Source: Balanoglossus misakiensis (taxonomy: Eukaryota > Animalia > Hemichordata). From it: a DNA stretch of 64,000 nucleotides. This document shows positions 48,601 to 61,400 of this stretch, piece after piece. The notes under the pieces are model-generated. The model was not told the origin of the DNA and made no database searches. It saw only the letters and a program-made list of their open reading frames with translations. Made by a program: the position numbers and the translations under genes. The stretch lies in assembly GCA_040954595.2 (NCBI GenBank), contig CM082577.2, positions 4,464,305 through 4,528,304 on the forward strand, given 5' to 3'. Each line of letters starts with the position of its first letter. Positions within the stretch are counted from its first letter, which is position 1.

Positions 48601-51448
48601 AGCAGTGCGTGTACACTGACATTCTACATCTTAATTACAAGCCCCGGCGCGGAAAATGCATTCTGTCTGTCCAGTCAGCGTTTTAACAACGCCAATTTGT
48701 CTGCACGATGCATTTTGTCGTCTTTACTCATGAAAACGGGGAACGCAGCGCGACACTTGTGTTCTGATCAATTGATACAAATAAGCGTTGCCCCGGTGTC
48801 CGCCGTCTGTGCCATCTGATATACGAATCGATTGCTTTTGGAGAAATATGTTTTCTGTAAGAGGCCGACCGGTTGGCAGAATGTGGAGGTTCTCTGCTTC
48901 ACAAACTCTTTATTAACTATCATTGATAAATTGAAGTTTTTTTTTAATTCAATGAGTTTTTCTTTTACGTACAAAAGTATCTCAGACGGTACCGTACCCA
49001 TGCCAGTTCCAAGTTTGAAAGTTGGACAAAATAATGACGATGATTCATACAGTTCGACGACCTTTCCCGCCACTGTGCCAACGACAGTATCACGTGACGG
49101 TAATTGAAGAAAAGACATCATCCGATCAAAGATTTGACAGAAATTGTTCAGCCGCACTGCGCCGGAAATTTGCATATAAATGATCTTCAGCGGCGTCTAA
49201 TGAGATATTCATAATGAAGCCGCGCGTGCCAAACCGTTTTGGCTCGTGCGTTGCATAAGCATTACATGTCGCTTTTTTGTTTTCCCCGCTAAAACACGAC
49301 TATTTACATATGCATATAAAACTTGACCTTTCTAAAATGATGTTTCTATTGAATAGAGCTTTAAAGGTATACGGTCACCTCCAATTTACATATCGCCATA
49401 TATAGTGGAAATGGCGTATTTGAGTGTTCTAAAGAACGCTTTATTTTCGCGTGTGCCACCCACTGAAAATCTGTGATTGGTTAGATCTCGATTTACCATG
49501 GTAACTGTGGCTAAATTTCTATAGGTGACCGTATACCTTTAACGGTACGTCTCTGCCTGCTTGTCTAGTGGCGTTCAGTATCGACATTGTGTATTCAGCC
49601 GGGGTATTCAGTATTCAGCAAGGATGGGTATTTTGCCATTTATCAGAAATGCGGAGATCGCGGAGGTCTATATCCTCATGGGAGTCACGTCCATAGCCGC
49701 GAGACGTGTGTAATTGTGGACGAGAGATCGTATTTATTATTCATAATACATGTAACCATATGATCCTAGTCTGGACAAAAAAAAGAAAACGGTTGGAGAG
49801 TGATAGATAACCAAAGCCCGTCCAAATATTCTAAGAATGTTCTGATTAACATCGAGCGACTTCTGTTGAAAGGAACGTCGACGGTAACAGTACATTTCCT
49901 AACTACGCAGATGTGACTGTTTTTCTGTGTGTTTGGCTGTTTCATGATTCACTCGCTACGGAATGGACCACTCGCAACAAACAATTTATGCAAATTTCCG
50001 TATACAAAACAAAATAGAACAGAAAAATATAAACAACTCCTCAACTGAGATAGCGAACTTACTGTCACTTCTGACAATTAAATGACCTTGGTCCGCCCTT
50101 TTTCAGTTGAACACCCAACGATTTTCTGCTCAATATAATAAAATTGCCATAATTTCAGTCATGCGCAGGTTTCGTGTGCAGATCGCCGTAAAATATTTCA
50201 AGTGACACCAATGTGCCAAATTACAGTCCCGGTCACGCGACAGACACGTCATAATTGTAGAGTCTGCCAGATTGAGGCGCGCTTTATAACACCGGGGAAA
50301 ATCGCACAGGAGAACTTTTTTTTGCTGTATTGGCATTTCCCGTAAGTGGCTCAGTGAAACTGCCAACTAATTGGAGAGCGTTTAAAGGAGAAAGCGCGCA
50401 CTTTCTGCAAGAATGGTGACATGGAAATACGGTGACACTGGATTCTAATGCACGTTAAACATTATGCGGAATGGGAGCTAGCACTGGCAGTTTTCATAGT
50501 CACAGATAGTCTCGATTCCTGACAAAAAGTGTGTCAGATATGCGCCGCACCTGTCTGATCATCTAGAAATTGACTGAGAATGAAATATGAGGGTTAGACA
50601 TTCTTTTTGACATGACTGTTGATAAAACTGGTTATACCGGTTTTTTTTTTGCTATGTACTTAGTACACACACACAAATACACACACGCACACGTACTTTA
50701 GCATACTCCTCAGGCCAGTCAATGACAACAACAGGAATATTGATTGACATCGAGTAATGTAACTACATTACTCAAACGTTGAGACGAGGCCTCTATCTGC
50801 TTGTTATACCTAAATTACACATTACAGTGTTTTCTGTTTTAGGCGTCAAGACGTAAATAACAAATTCCCAGATACAAGGCTCAGGGAAAGATTTCCACGG
50901 GGAGATGACTTCGGAACGTATTCTAAATTGGCGATTTAATAACGTAACCGCATTCCCTGAAGGCATTGCTGTGAAACTATGCCCGCCCCGTAAAATCGCA
51001 GTGCCAGAATAAAGGTTAAAAACGGTAAAACGATTGATTTAGATGACGGAAACGACGACAGTTGATGATGATATCACTGAAGCCTTTAGACAGGGGTTAG
51101 CGAAGAGAGTTGAAAAGAGTGACATTGATTTCATTCGATTGCGAATAAGAATGACCCATGCTTACCGGTAAGTAACGACAATCGCTCCATTGCTGGAAAG
51201 GGATTATTACCAGATGTGTCCAAGATATCCAAGCGATAAACCTCTCCCTTTATTCTGTAAATCTTCCTGTGGAAGTCTTCAATTGTCGGCGTGTAGCTCT
51301 CGTCGAATTTCCCGTTTAGAAAGCGGTTAACGATGGCTGTTTTGCCCACTTTGGCCGATCCCAGTATCACCAAACGAAAACAGTTCTTCGGCGGCGCGTT
51401 CATTTCTGAGTCCACTATCGCCGTGCTCACACTCGTACTCATTGCCAT
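45692..51448 (-). CDS. RASD1: RASD1/RASD2 (Dexras1/Rhes)-like small GTPase, 270 aa, 2 exons
   Basis: Exon 1 51448-51166 (phase 1, GTAAGC donor) and exon 2 46221-45692 (CAG acceptor); 813 nt. G1 GSAKVGKT, G2 YTPTIEDFHRK, G3 DTSG, G4 NKCD, G5 SAK, family tail PNEMSPALHRK and RRPSLRSDL, CAAX box CSLQ*. Probably a pro-ortholog of both RASD1 and RASD2. Confidence 0.95.
49365..49538. mobile_element. 174-bp Kolobok-like MITE, intact, in the RASD intron
   Basis: 16-bp perfect TIRs AGGTATACGGTCACCT / AGGTGACCGTATACCT, flanked by TTAA on both sides (49361-49364, 49539-49542). RR..YY ends with a TTAA TSD are the Kolobok signature. Confidence 0.88.
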
Positions 51449-51703
51449 TTTTTTTTACAAAAATCTCTTGCCGTCAAGCGCGGATTTCTACCATAAAGTG
51501 AATAGGTCCAACAGACAGCAGACACGGAGAGAGAGAGAGGTAGAGATAGAAAGCGGAGCGAGGCACCGACTACACCCACTGCTCCATCTGCCACCGCTCG
51601 GAGTTGTGACTGTTCATGCTGCCAGCTAGGTCAGATCATTGCAATAACTCTCACGTTCCCCATCGACCGTCACGTTCTGCGCATTATGGCAGGAGCTGGC
51701 TCC

Positions 51704-51711
51704 GTATATAC
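51704..51711 (-). promoter_or_regulatory. Candidate TATA box of the RASD-like gene
   Basis: GTATATAC in GC-rich context about 255 nt upstream of the ATG. Confidence 0.4.
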
Positions 51712-54700
51712 ACAGCGCGATCGCACCCGGCTCAGACACGCACAAGGGATTGAGCGGACCAGGATCGAATGGATGTCGCTTATTCTCTGCGAAGCACTCA
51801 CTCGTTATCGGTGAAATTTCTCTAAGACGGCTCACACGTTGAAAAAAAACCCACAGCGGAGAAGTTCGTTTGGCGTCGCGTCGTCGCCAGAGTGCGCCCC
51901 CGTCTATGACTAAACGCAAGCAGACTGTGTCCGCCCAAGATATACGTATGGACAAATACTTAATTGCCTACTTCACTGTGTCATGGCAGGCCTTTCCCGC
52001 GTTCATCCCACTAATAAGTTAACATATAATTAACTCCCTCGGCTGCTAGGGAACTTTTTACCGCTTACCAAGTCGTTTCGTGTTGTCTCTCAGTATTATG
52101 CCTTGTTAATTAGTGAGGGGGACTTCATTTTTTTACGAATCCAGCTCACGCGTCACATCTCATCCATTAAATACATTTTCAAAGCAGCCTCAATGGGTCT
52201 GACTTATCAAAGAATTTTTGCATAGCAGTATCGCGGGACAACACAAAAACGAGGCCTCTTTGACTCCCCACGCACGTACGAAGTAAATAAACGCGGATAC
52301 ATCATCGGGCAACAAATTTGCTAGGTAACGGAGGAACGAGAGCGGCATAAGCAACTCGTATCAAGTCCAATTAGTACTTAATTACGATGGCAACCGACGA
52401 CTCGTAATACAGTGCAACTTCATTCATACACCATCGATTCTTATATAAGGGCACCATAATAAAATAAAATGAGGGAAGCGCGATTTCACTAGGCTGACTC
52501 AAGCCAGTTGATTCGGCAGTTAAGGTGGCTGACTCGGCGTGTTTGTGTGTTGCCGCGATTTTCCCCCAAGCGGGCAGTAGAGTATCTGGCAGTGACAGTA
52601 TACGTGTAATTGGATCGAGTTTGAGATAAGCTCCTGAGATCGTTGCATGCCCGGACCTATAGTTAATATTGCGCACCTTCCTCTCGCTGTCCCGTTTTCA
52701 TCCAGGTTTCATTCCCAGGTACCGACACCCTCGATATGCTCACAAACAACGGCACGCATGCGAAATGTCCCCCTTTTCTTTGCAATCACGCAGGGATAAT
52801 CGAGCCATCACCAATATGCCTATCTTTAGTTCCAGCCTCCCCGGCGATTATGCTATCTCGCTCCAATTATTTACGGTGACTCCATGGCTGTTGTGGCGTA
52901 TGCGGACGCGGTGCTTACGTCTCACGTGAATGTTGGGTCGCCCCACAATCGTGCATTATGTATAGGTGGATGATGCAGTGTACACTTTCTCATCTCCCAG
53001 ACGGTGATACTGGAGCGGCGTTTTGCAAGTGCAAGTGGAACATCTGAACGCGCGGTCATTCCAAAGTCAATGTATAAATGCACACCTCGTCAAAACAGAT
53101 GCGATTTACATGATAAACATCGCATACACAACACGCTTGACAATCGGGCAGCGTTGTAACAGCGTTTATTACTAAAGTATATTAGATTTGCGATGGTAAA
53201 GGTGGATGGCAAGTACGAGCTGTTCGTTGAAGGACACTGGCAGTCTTCATCCAAACCGTCTACAATGAACTAGCTGCCATGAAATTGCAACACTTCCGCA
53301 ACGCGCGCTGTCTCCTCTTGCAGAAAGTTGAAACACGCCTGCGCAATTAGTTCGGCACTGATATGGATACAATTTGAGGCATAAAAAATCTCTCACAGCC
53401 AATTTCATACACTCTAGATTTTCATCATGTGGCATGATCGTACGTCAGAACATTGTCCAGCCTTACATATAAAAGGCAGTTATTTTTTCACGGGTCCAGT
53501 GGGCGAAATCGACTTGATCTTGTATATAGTTTTATATTTACGTCACGTTTTCCATCTCGGTCTTTCCCAAGCGTATCGGTTTAATGGTGACACACCATCG
53601 CCCAAGAAAGACGGTAAAATATTAGTTTTAAAGGACAAACGGGGGTGCCCGTTCTCCGGGAATACCACGCCCACAGGTTCAGGGTTGCTGATCTGAAAAC
53701 GTCATGCGACAGCGAGTGACGCCTGTGCAGTAGTTTTCATCATATCGTCCATGTCAGATTATTGATCAACGTATGAAAGCAAAACCTGTACAGTTTAATT
53801 CCAATTATGTAAATGGTGACCTTGAGAAGCGGCGATGACCCTGTGTGGATGAGCACGTCGCGGAATCTGCCATCCTGTGTCTGTTGGCACGTGACAAAGA
53901 CTTGATGTCTCCCACGCCGGTGACATTTGAAGCAATGACGAAGACATCTGTGAACAATAAGGAAATAGTCGTTTTATTCGGGGGGGGGGTGGTAATTAGG
54001 TGCGACTTCACGGCATTTTTCTCGTCACTGTAGCAGTTGTTCCGTTGGTCTTCCCATCATCATCTGGGATTGGCAGTGACAATGCATGTCGTTCATAAAC
54101 AAAGTCCGCCAGGTCGATCTGTTATATGCCTGGCTATTTCCGGCAATCCACAATCATACTGACATATATCTTTAATACTGTCACTCAAAGAAGCAGCTGT
54201 CGGTGCCCTAATGATAAAAGGAAGATTGGCAAAAGTTTTCTTTTACAATATTTGAAATTGTAATACGTCACAGATAACACCTCTGATGAAACTTCGCATC
54301 TCGTTCTGTTTTGCATATAAGGGCATTAAATATCCCTTTGTCTTGACACTGCTTTTTTAGACTTACATAATTACACAAACTGTCAGTTTTTTTATTACGA
54401 CCCATGACTTCCGCAATGTTTGCTATTTAGTAAATGCTTGGTACTCTTAAATTTACTATATGCAGTCACTGCATTTATGATCTCGGTTTACACGTTTGTA
54501 AAAGATAAGGTTGCCCCTCTTCAAAAATTCGACATGTTTACCACTTGCCCTTGTATTTTAAATGCGCACAGCAAATCACCTGCAGTATACCTGGACTCGA
54601 AGGCAAACATGGGTAAACAGACAGAAATTTGTTTGGTCCCCAGTGCGAACTGCAAAACGAAAACACTTCCCGTCGTTATTCAAATACTTCCGCGAGGGAA

Positions 54701-57094
54701 TTGGCAAGTGCACAACACAGGAAATCCATTAGAATAATGGCAAAATCCAATTAAAAGAAAAAAATCCTCAACAGAAACTTAATTAACATCGTACGAGTAC
54801 CAATTGCAGTAAAACCCATTCGCGTATCGTGTGATCAGTTTGCTAATTGGATAACTAAAGAGATTATCGACAACTCGTTTAATTATTTAGTTTGTGAGGG
54901 TATAAAACAAAACTACGCGAGTGGAGAACATTACAGACTGCTTTGATCGCATAGAGATAGAGAGCTAATGTGAAGGGCGTATTTTCTGTAGCATCAAGAT
55001 GTGCCCGCATTAAAAGTTTCAGTTATTCCCTAAAGTTGTTCTTCAACTGATAAGGTTTAATCTGATACATAAAAATTACACTAGAGACCCTGTGACTAAT
55101 AGGCAATCATCGTTAACCTATTCTCCGAGTTGCCAAATGCTCCCTGGTCTGTGCAGTGTGCATTGCATGGGTCAACTTGAGTTGGGTTGCCTCCGAACAC
55201 CCTGTTTACAAATCGCAGTTACAATTGAAATCATTTGCATTTGCCACCGGGAATGCAGAATGTCGAGAACACTCTTGTCGGTCGTTTACTATTCATGTAG
55301 GCCTGCAGCGGGTCGGTTGACTTTATTGACTACTATGCAAAACTCTAAACCGCACCTATTTTCTGTAAGAACGCACGATATTGCGCCTGGTTAGCGAACT
55401 AAGAGAACACTGCATTTAGCACAAGGCCAATAGGCTCACTCGAGAATGACAGGTCCTCAAGCGAGGATCTTCAGCGAAGGTGTGAATGAGGTACAGTCAG
55501 CGAGGGTGCTTACTCAGGCAAATGTGTGAAGGAAAACTATTTTCGGCTGTACTCGCGACTGTTGATTGAATAACACCTTCATTACTGTCAGCACGGGTGC
55601 CGATCTTCACAAAAATTCGTGGTCATTAAAAGGGAAACTGGGCATTTCTTCCCGCAAAATGTCCGCATACAATACGGCAGAGTGGTGCAACGCGTCATCC
55701 CAACCGACAATGTCTTTATTAAGAATATACATCCAAGCTACACAAAATCGTCCTCGCACGTATTGGGACAACTAAACGACCACAAGTATCACACACATGC
55801 AGTGCTTTGAAGAAGAAAAAAGCCAGCAGCAGAGAAAGTATACCCTTTGCGAAATTTACGTTCTGATCGATACGTCTCCCGCTGCATCGTTTGTAAGGTT
55901 CTGGGACTTAGTAATTGGCGCTAAATCTAACATGTACTACACAGAGAGAGAACACTTATAGGACAAATGGGATCGTAAAGATGCCACGCTTTCATTTAAC
56001 AAGGCAACGTTTCCGAAACGTAAAAGTCAACTGTACATAATTAATATACGTTCCTCGAATTTTTTATAGCCTATTGGCAACATTTCATTATTTAGCCGAC
56101 CGAATCCAGCAGGAAAACATCTTTAATCCGGTGGATTAAAACGACGCAGTTAAAGTATTGGGTATGCAATTGCTCTGCAGGCTAGATTTCACTTAAGCTT
56201 GCCATAGTTACTTGGTGATAATGTTCATATCTACCAGACACGGAATGAAAAAAACCCGATCAATTCTATTCAGGTTGTGATGAACCAATTTCTGGTTAAC
56301 GCACTTGACTCGCAATTTTCACAGAGACAAATAATGTTTCTTCTAAAGCATGTTTGCGAAGAAGACATTCGCTGACGATGCAAATTTAGATATACGGTAC
56401 ATGGGCAGACGTAAATCAGAGGTATCCATATTCCTTTAGCACATTCATCATAGTTAAACTGCAACAAGGCAGCATTGCAGATCAGCCCTTTCCGAATATT
56501 CAAACAATTAATTTTCCCTTTTTCCTGCTCCAAGGAAAAAGTCACCCCCTTCTTGACATTATAGTGACATCAATAATACATGGATCATGGATCGCTTGCA
56601 CATCTCACACACAGTTATGACATTTTAATAAAAGATATTGATATGACCATACAATTATGGTGGGAACAGATCCCATTTCTTTGATTCAATCCGCAAAACG
56701 GTGCGGAATAATGGCTCGCACTCAAACACGAAATAAAGTAAGGTCAAAAGTTGAGACATTTCCATCGATGGCGCCGACACCCGACAGTTGCACAAAGCAA
56801 GGGTGGCGAATGTCACACCAGGTTCCAAAGGTCTGTAACTTCATCACAAATCACAAACATTACTTTCGGCTGATGGATTTCATCTCCCCCGTGTAACAAA
56901 CTAGGGCCTACAAGGCTACTTGTATTTCAGCTGATGACAAATTTTTTTGGTTTTAACCAGTTTCTCCTGGTTTCTTTCCTTCTTACTTACTTCTAAACAT
57001 AGATAACTGCCAAATAAATTTAAGATCACCGGGTTCTGACGATCACAGCACAGTTGACGACTACAAATGAAACAAGTACCAGATCACGTATCCA

Positions 57095-57105
57095 TTTAAT
57101 TTAAT
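57095..57105 (-). terminator. Candidate polyadenylation signal (ATTAAA-type) ending the roughly 1.4-kb 3'UTR of the PTB-domain gene
   Basis: TTTAATTTAAT on + strand, with GT-rich sequence downstream on the minus strand. Confidence 0.3.
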
Positions 57106-58494
57106 AAAGGTTTACAAGGGTTATTCTGCCGATGACACATATACATGTAAATTGTGTCCATAATCCTAATTCAGTACATTAGTAGTACAGAACTCAATGA
57201 AATCAGGTGAACTTTTTATCTTTCCAGTTGGAGAAATTGTTCCATCAAGTAGAACTTTGTTCCAGTTGATTGACTTCACGTTTGTTCGACAGCCACCAAC
57301 ACGTGCACCACCTGCCCATCTTGCAAATCCAGTCGACCAAGGGTTATCGCCGTGGCTGACCTCGGTGGCGAGATTGTATTTTAGATAGCAAGCAATCAAC
57401 GGCGCACGCGATTGCGACGGTGGGTTCTTTGTGACATCTACACACTGGACAGGATGTGGGTGTACCGGTAGGTTGGTGCAAAGATGCTGTCGCACACGCA
57501 AGCATTTCTCACCACAGATTCTCTACGAGAAAAAAACACGGCACAAGCGAGAACCGACAACAAAACAGTCACAAGATTTTAAGATAGTTTCCATTTTCAC
57601 ACAATATTTAGCATATAGAAACCATGGCAAATATCATTGGATGACATCATGCTTATATATGTTGGTGTCCCTAGAATACAAAGTCAGCAGGTAGTACAGC
57701 CACAGTATGTTCCAGCCAAACGACGAATGAAATGAGTGTTTGCTCATGTCAAAGGACAAAAAATATTCTTTACAGAACTTCCAATAGTTTAGACCCATTA
57801 GTTAAATTAGCACATCACTGTGTGACTGTTCAGCCATTCAAACATGACAACTTAAAGTCATGAAAATTATACATTTCAAAACCATGCTGGCTTCTTGGAA
57901 AGACTATAGGTTGGATCTTACTAGTACTTTACAACAGCTTACACACAAAATGATCTCTCACAATAAATAATTATCAATTATCAATCTGTTTACAAATATT
58001 TACAAAGGAAACACCGTAATCTCTAAAATTTTGACAAATGGGAGGGATTAATTAAATATTTACAATAAAGTTTGCATCATTCCATGAGTGTAGAATACAA
58101 CACATTGACTTGGTTTTGAACTCACCAATGTAAAATAAAATGTTCTCACGATTTGAACAAAGTTCAGGTAAATTTTGGTAATAAAACAGTAAAATATATT
58201 TCTGCACAGTTCCTGTTTTCGAACGAGCAAAAGACCCTGATAGTCAATTAGCCATGTTCACATTTGATTGAAGATAAGCTGAGAGGATTGGCAGCACAGA
58301 AAGATCAAGGAAAGGGCAAAGAACTAGAGTCTGCTCTGAAGGGACTAAAGAGAGCCAGATGATTTTCATCTTGAACGTAGTCCCAGAGTGACCCTCTGCT
58401 AAGCACTGAATTACGATTCACTTCATGTACGAGAAGACTTGGACTTCTAGGAGTCTGCCACACCTTTGTGGAAGCTTGTACACGTCTGTTCAAC

Positions 58495-61400
58495 TCACAC
58501 AAACCAGGTTGTTCTACCGAATCCTTGAGCTATGCTGCATAATATTGTCTTGGCCTGCAACGAAAAACAAGTTTGTTTTACATGTGAATGTGTTGATGAT
58601 TCACAGCAAAAAATGAGTCGGATGTAATTCATTAAAAAGGTTGTGTTGCCAGTTATTTCACTAAAGGTCCTTTTAAAATTTCAATGTTAATAAGTAAATA
58701 ACTCATTTGCCTACCTCTTCCTCTGTATTTGCTTCGAATACGTAGCAAATAAATGACTTGGAGAGTGTACATGTTGTTTCTCTGTGAAGCGAATAGAAAA
58801 AACATGTTAAGTTAGTAAACAGTGTTTTTGCCAAGATTGAAACGTGTCCACTGTCAGGGACTTATAAAAAGTCATAAATAAATATACAGTAATCTTGCTC
58901 AATTCGGATGAGCAGGTATTTGTGAAGCTGTCTTAATGGTCTCAAAGCTTAGATGGAGTTGTGAAACAAAGGCAACTTATTTCTTTCCCAAATGCCGCCT
59001 ACTTTATCGCCGTGAAATAGCCCCAAGAATATTCTTTTGATTATCAGGTACAGCACGAGAAATAGCTGCGGTACCTGTGTAACATTTACAGGTTTATGGC
59101 ATTAACAACAACTGGTTAGAGATAACTACGCACAAATTTACTGATTTATGAATGTTTTACTAACTCAGCAATATTTAAAATGTCAATCCTTTGAGTGGTT
59201 CATGAAAAAATCATGCAAACGCAGTTCTGCTTTTGGCAATAAACCGATTTTTATGTGGGTTAGAAGGGTAATGTGCTATCCACACTTTTTCAAGAATGCT
59301 CTTAAAAAACTCCAAAGGTTTCCGTTCTTATGAAAACAAAAAGTGCTGATGCAATTACTGAAAGTAACTCCTAAAATTAGTTAATTCGAGTTGACTAATT
59401 TTGAAGATAAATATTCACAATGTTATCTACTGATGCATTCACAACACTGTACATGTACTCAGCACGAAGGAACATCCAAGCCACACCATCTAATATCATG
59501 TGTGCAAACAATATCACAAATGCAGAAACTTCTATCCTTAATATGAAGGTTTCTGGGTGTCAATGCGAGTACATGTGACTGATCAACTCAAGTACCATAT
59601 TAAACGCTGAGGTACTTATAAATTAACCTATTCCACATCTTAAATGACATTTTCGACATTTGATTAGTTATCAAAATCACGATGAATTTAATCACTCCGA
59701 AACTGAGAACAGTGATTTAATTTAAACTGCAATGACTTCTTCTGATTTAACCTGGGCAGAAGGGACCAAAAGACAGCATTGGTTAATAGTTGATTAGAGA
59801 AACAGACCGCACTGATAAAATTAAGTAAAATAAGCAATTTGGATTATCTGTGTGGCAGAAGTAATTTTATTTATTGGGATCCGGCCAGCAAAGTAAAAGC
59901 AAAAACGCATTAGTGTAAACGGAGAGTCATCAAGCCTACAAGCCACTCATATTACATGTCAACATTTTGATGAGCAGATGTGGGATCATAGGGAGATCAT
60001 TTCGATAACTAGTGAACTGACCAATGCAATCTTGTCCAGTCATGAGTTGGAGTAATGTACATATATGTAGTCATTCAGCAAAGCTGAAGCTGAAAGATAC
60101 ATTATGTGGTATGAAAGTTTAAGGCAAGTCCCTTTCTGTCACAGACTGTTGAATAAATTCCTCCCTGATGGTCCAATATTGGTAACTAATGATTCTCATA
60201 CTAGTGTATAAGCCATGCCTGATTCACACGTATGACAATGTAAGCTGAGCTGAGCTAGATCTCTGGTGTTCATGTTCTGAAATTTAGCGCTTTCTTTAAG
60301 AACAGGTTTTAATAACTTCTACACAATCTTACTGCATAGTCCCTATAGACACTCTTGTGATTGACAGATTCATCCGAAGAGATCACACTAATCTCCTGCT
60401 TGTTTTATCCTCTGATACACACACCCACTCACTGGTCTGGGATTGCTTATTCATCAATGTGACGTACACTGCCCGATCAGATCTACAGGTCTGGTCCATC
60501 TCCAGGAATCACAGTCAAGTTCCACTGCAGTGACGACTTTGCCGGAATAAAAAGCAGCCTCGTAATTCAACTTGGCAGCCATGGCATTATACCGTGAATT
60601 AATTACACACTGATGGAAATAAATGGTACATGTATTTACTTATAATGATAAGAAAAATGGTATTACCCATGTAGTAGGCATGCATTGCTGTGGCATGCCA
60701 ATCTTTTACGCCGATTTCATTGTAGATTATACTGAACAATACGTCACTCATGGAGAGGTCCAAGAAACATTACCAGTGACTCATTTGTTTGTATTTAAAC
60801 CAAAAAAGAACACGACGAAATTACCCCCCACTGGGTGAAAAATAGCATAATTATTCCCAAATCACGGCGTCCTGCAGGACTATAGACTTAACGTGCGCTA
60901 GTCTGCCAGTAAGACGGGTCAATGGGAGGGCTCTCCGCGTAACCAAGGCAACGCAGTGGTTCATACAAGGATTCCTTTGTGACAAATTGTGCAGGTGAGT
61001 CAACATGGTGATTGCTCTGGATGCTTTAACACTGGCTGAAATGTCTTCTAATGACCAAACTTTGTGTACTCATTTACCCTGAAGTATTATTACATCCCAT
61101 TCCGTATCACATGACCTTTACGAGCTCTAAAATATAATTCCTTGTAGCAGTCAAGGGGACTGTGCCCTATGTAAATCAGCGTCTGTATATGACGCTGAAC
61201 TTGACCCTTTTCATACAAAGTAGGGCAGCTAGCTTGGTACATTTATGTTTTGAATTACAATATATTTAAATGTACCCAATGGTATTTCCGATCTACATCA
61301 CAAACCTCTCAGAACTGGTGTCTGTGAATATCTACACCAATGGACATGTACTGAAGTTGACATCAAATTCAAAACAGGAATTGGGCATTAATACAAAGGA

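Noticed and set aside
51161-51172. 12-bp palindrome CTTACCGGTAAG placing splice donors on both strands
   Set aside because: Explained by Leu-Thr-Gly codons next to the real donor. No plus-strand gene evidence.
60432-60490. GTGAGT donor in the PTB-gene intron suggesting an extra exon
   Set aside because: Candidate acceptors give a stop or a frame shift, and the flanking exons already join correctly.
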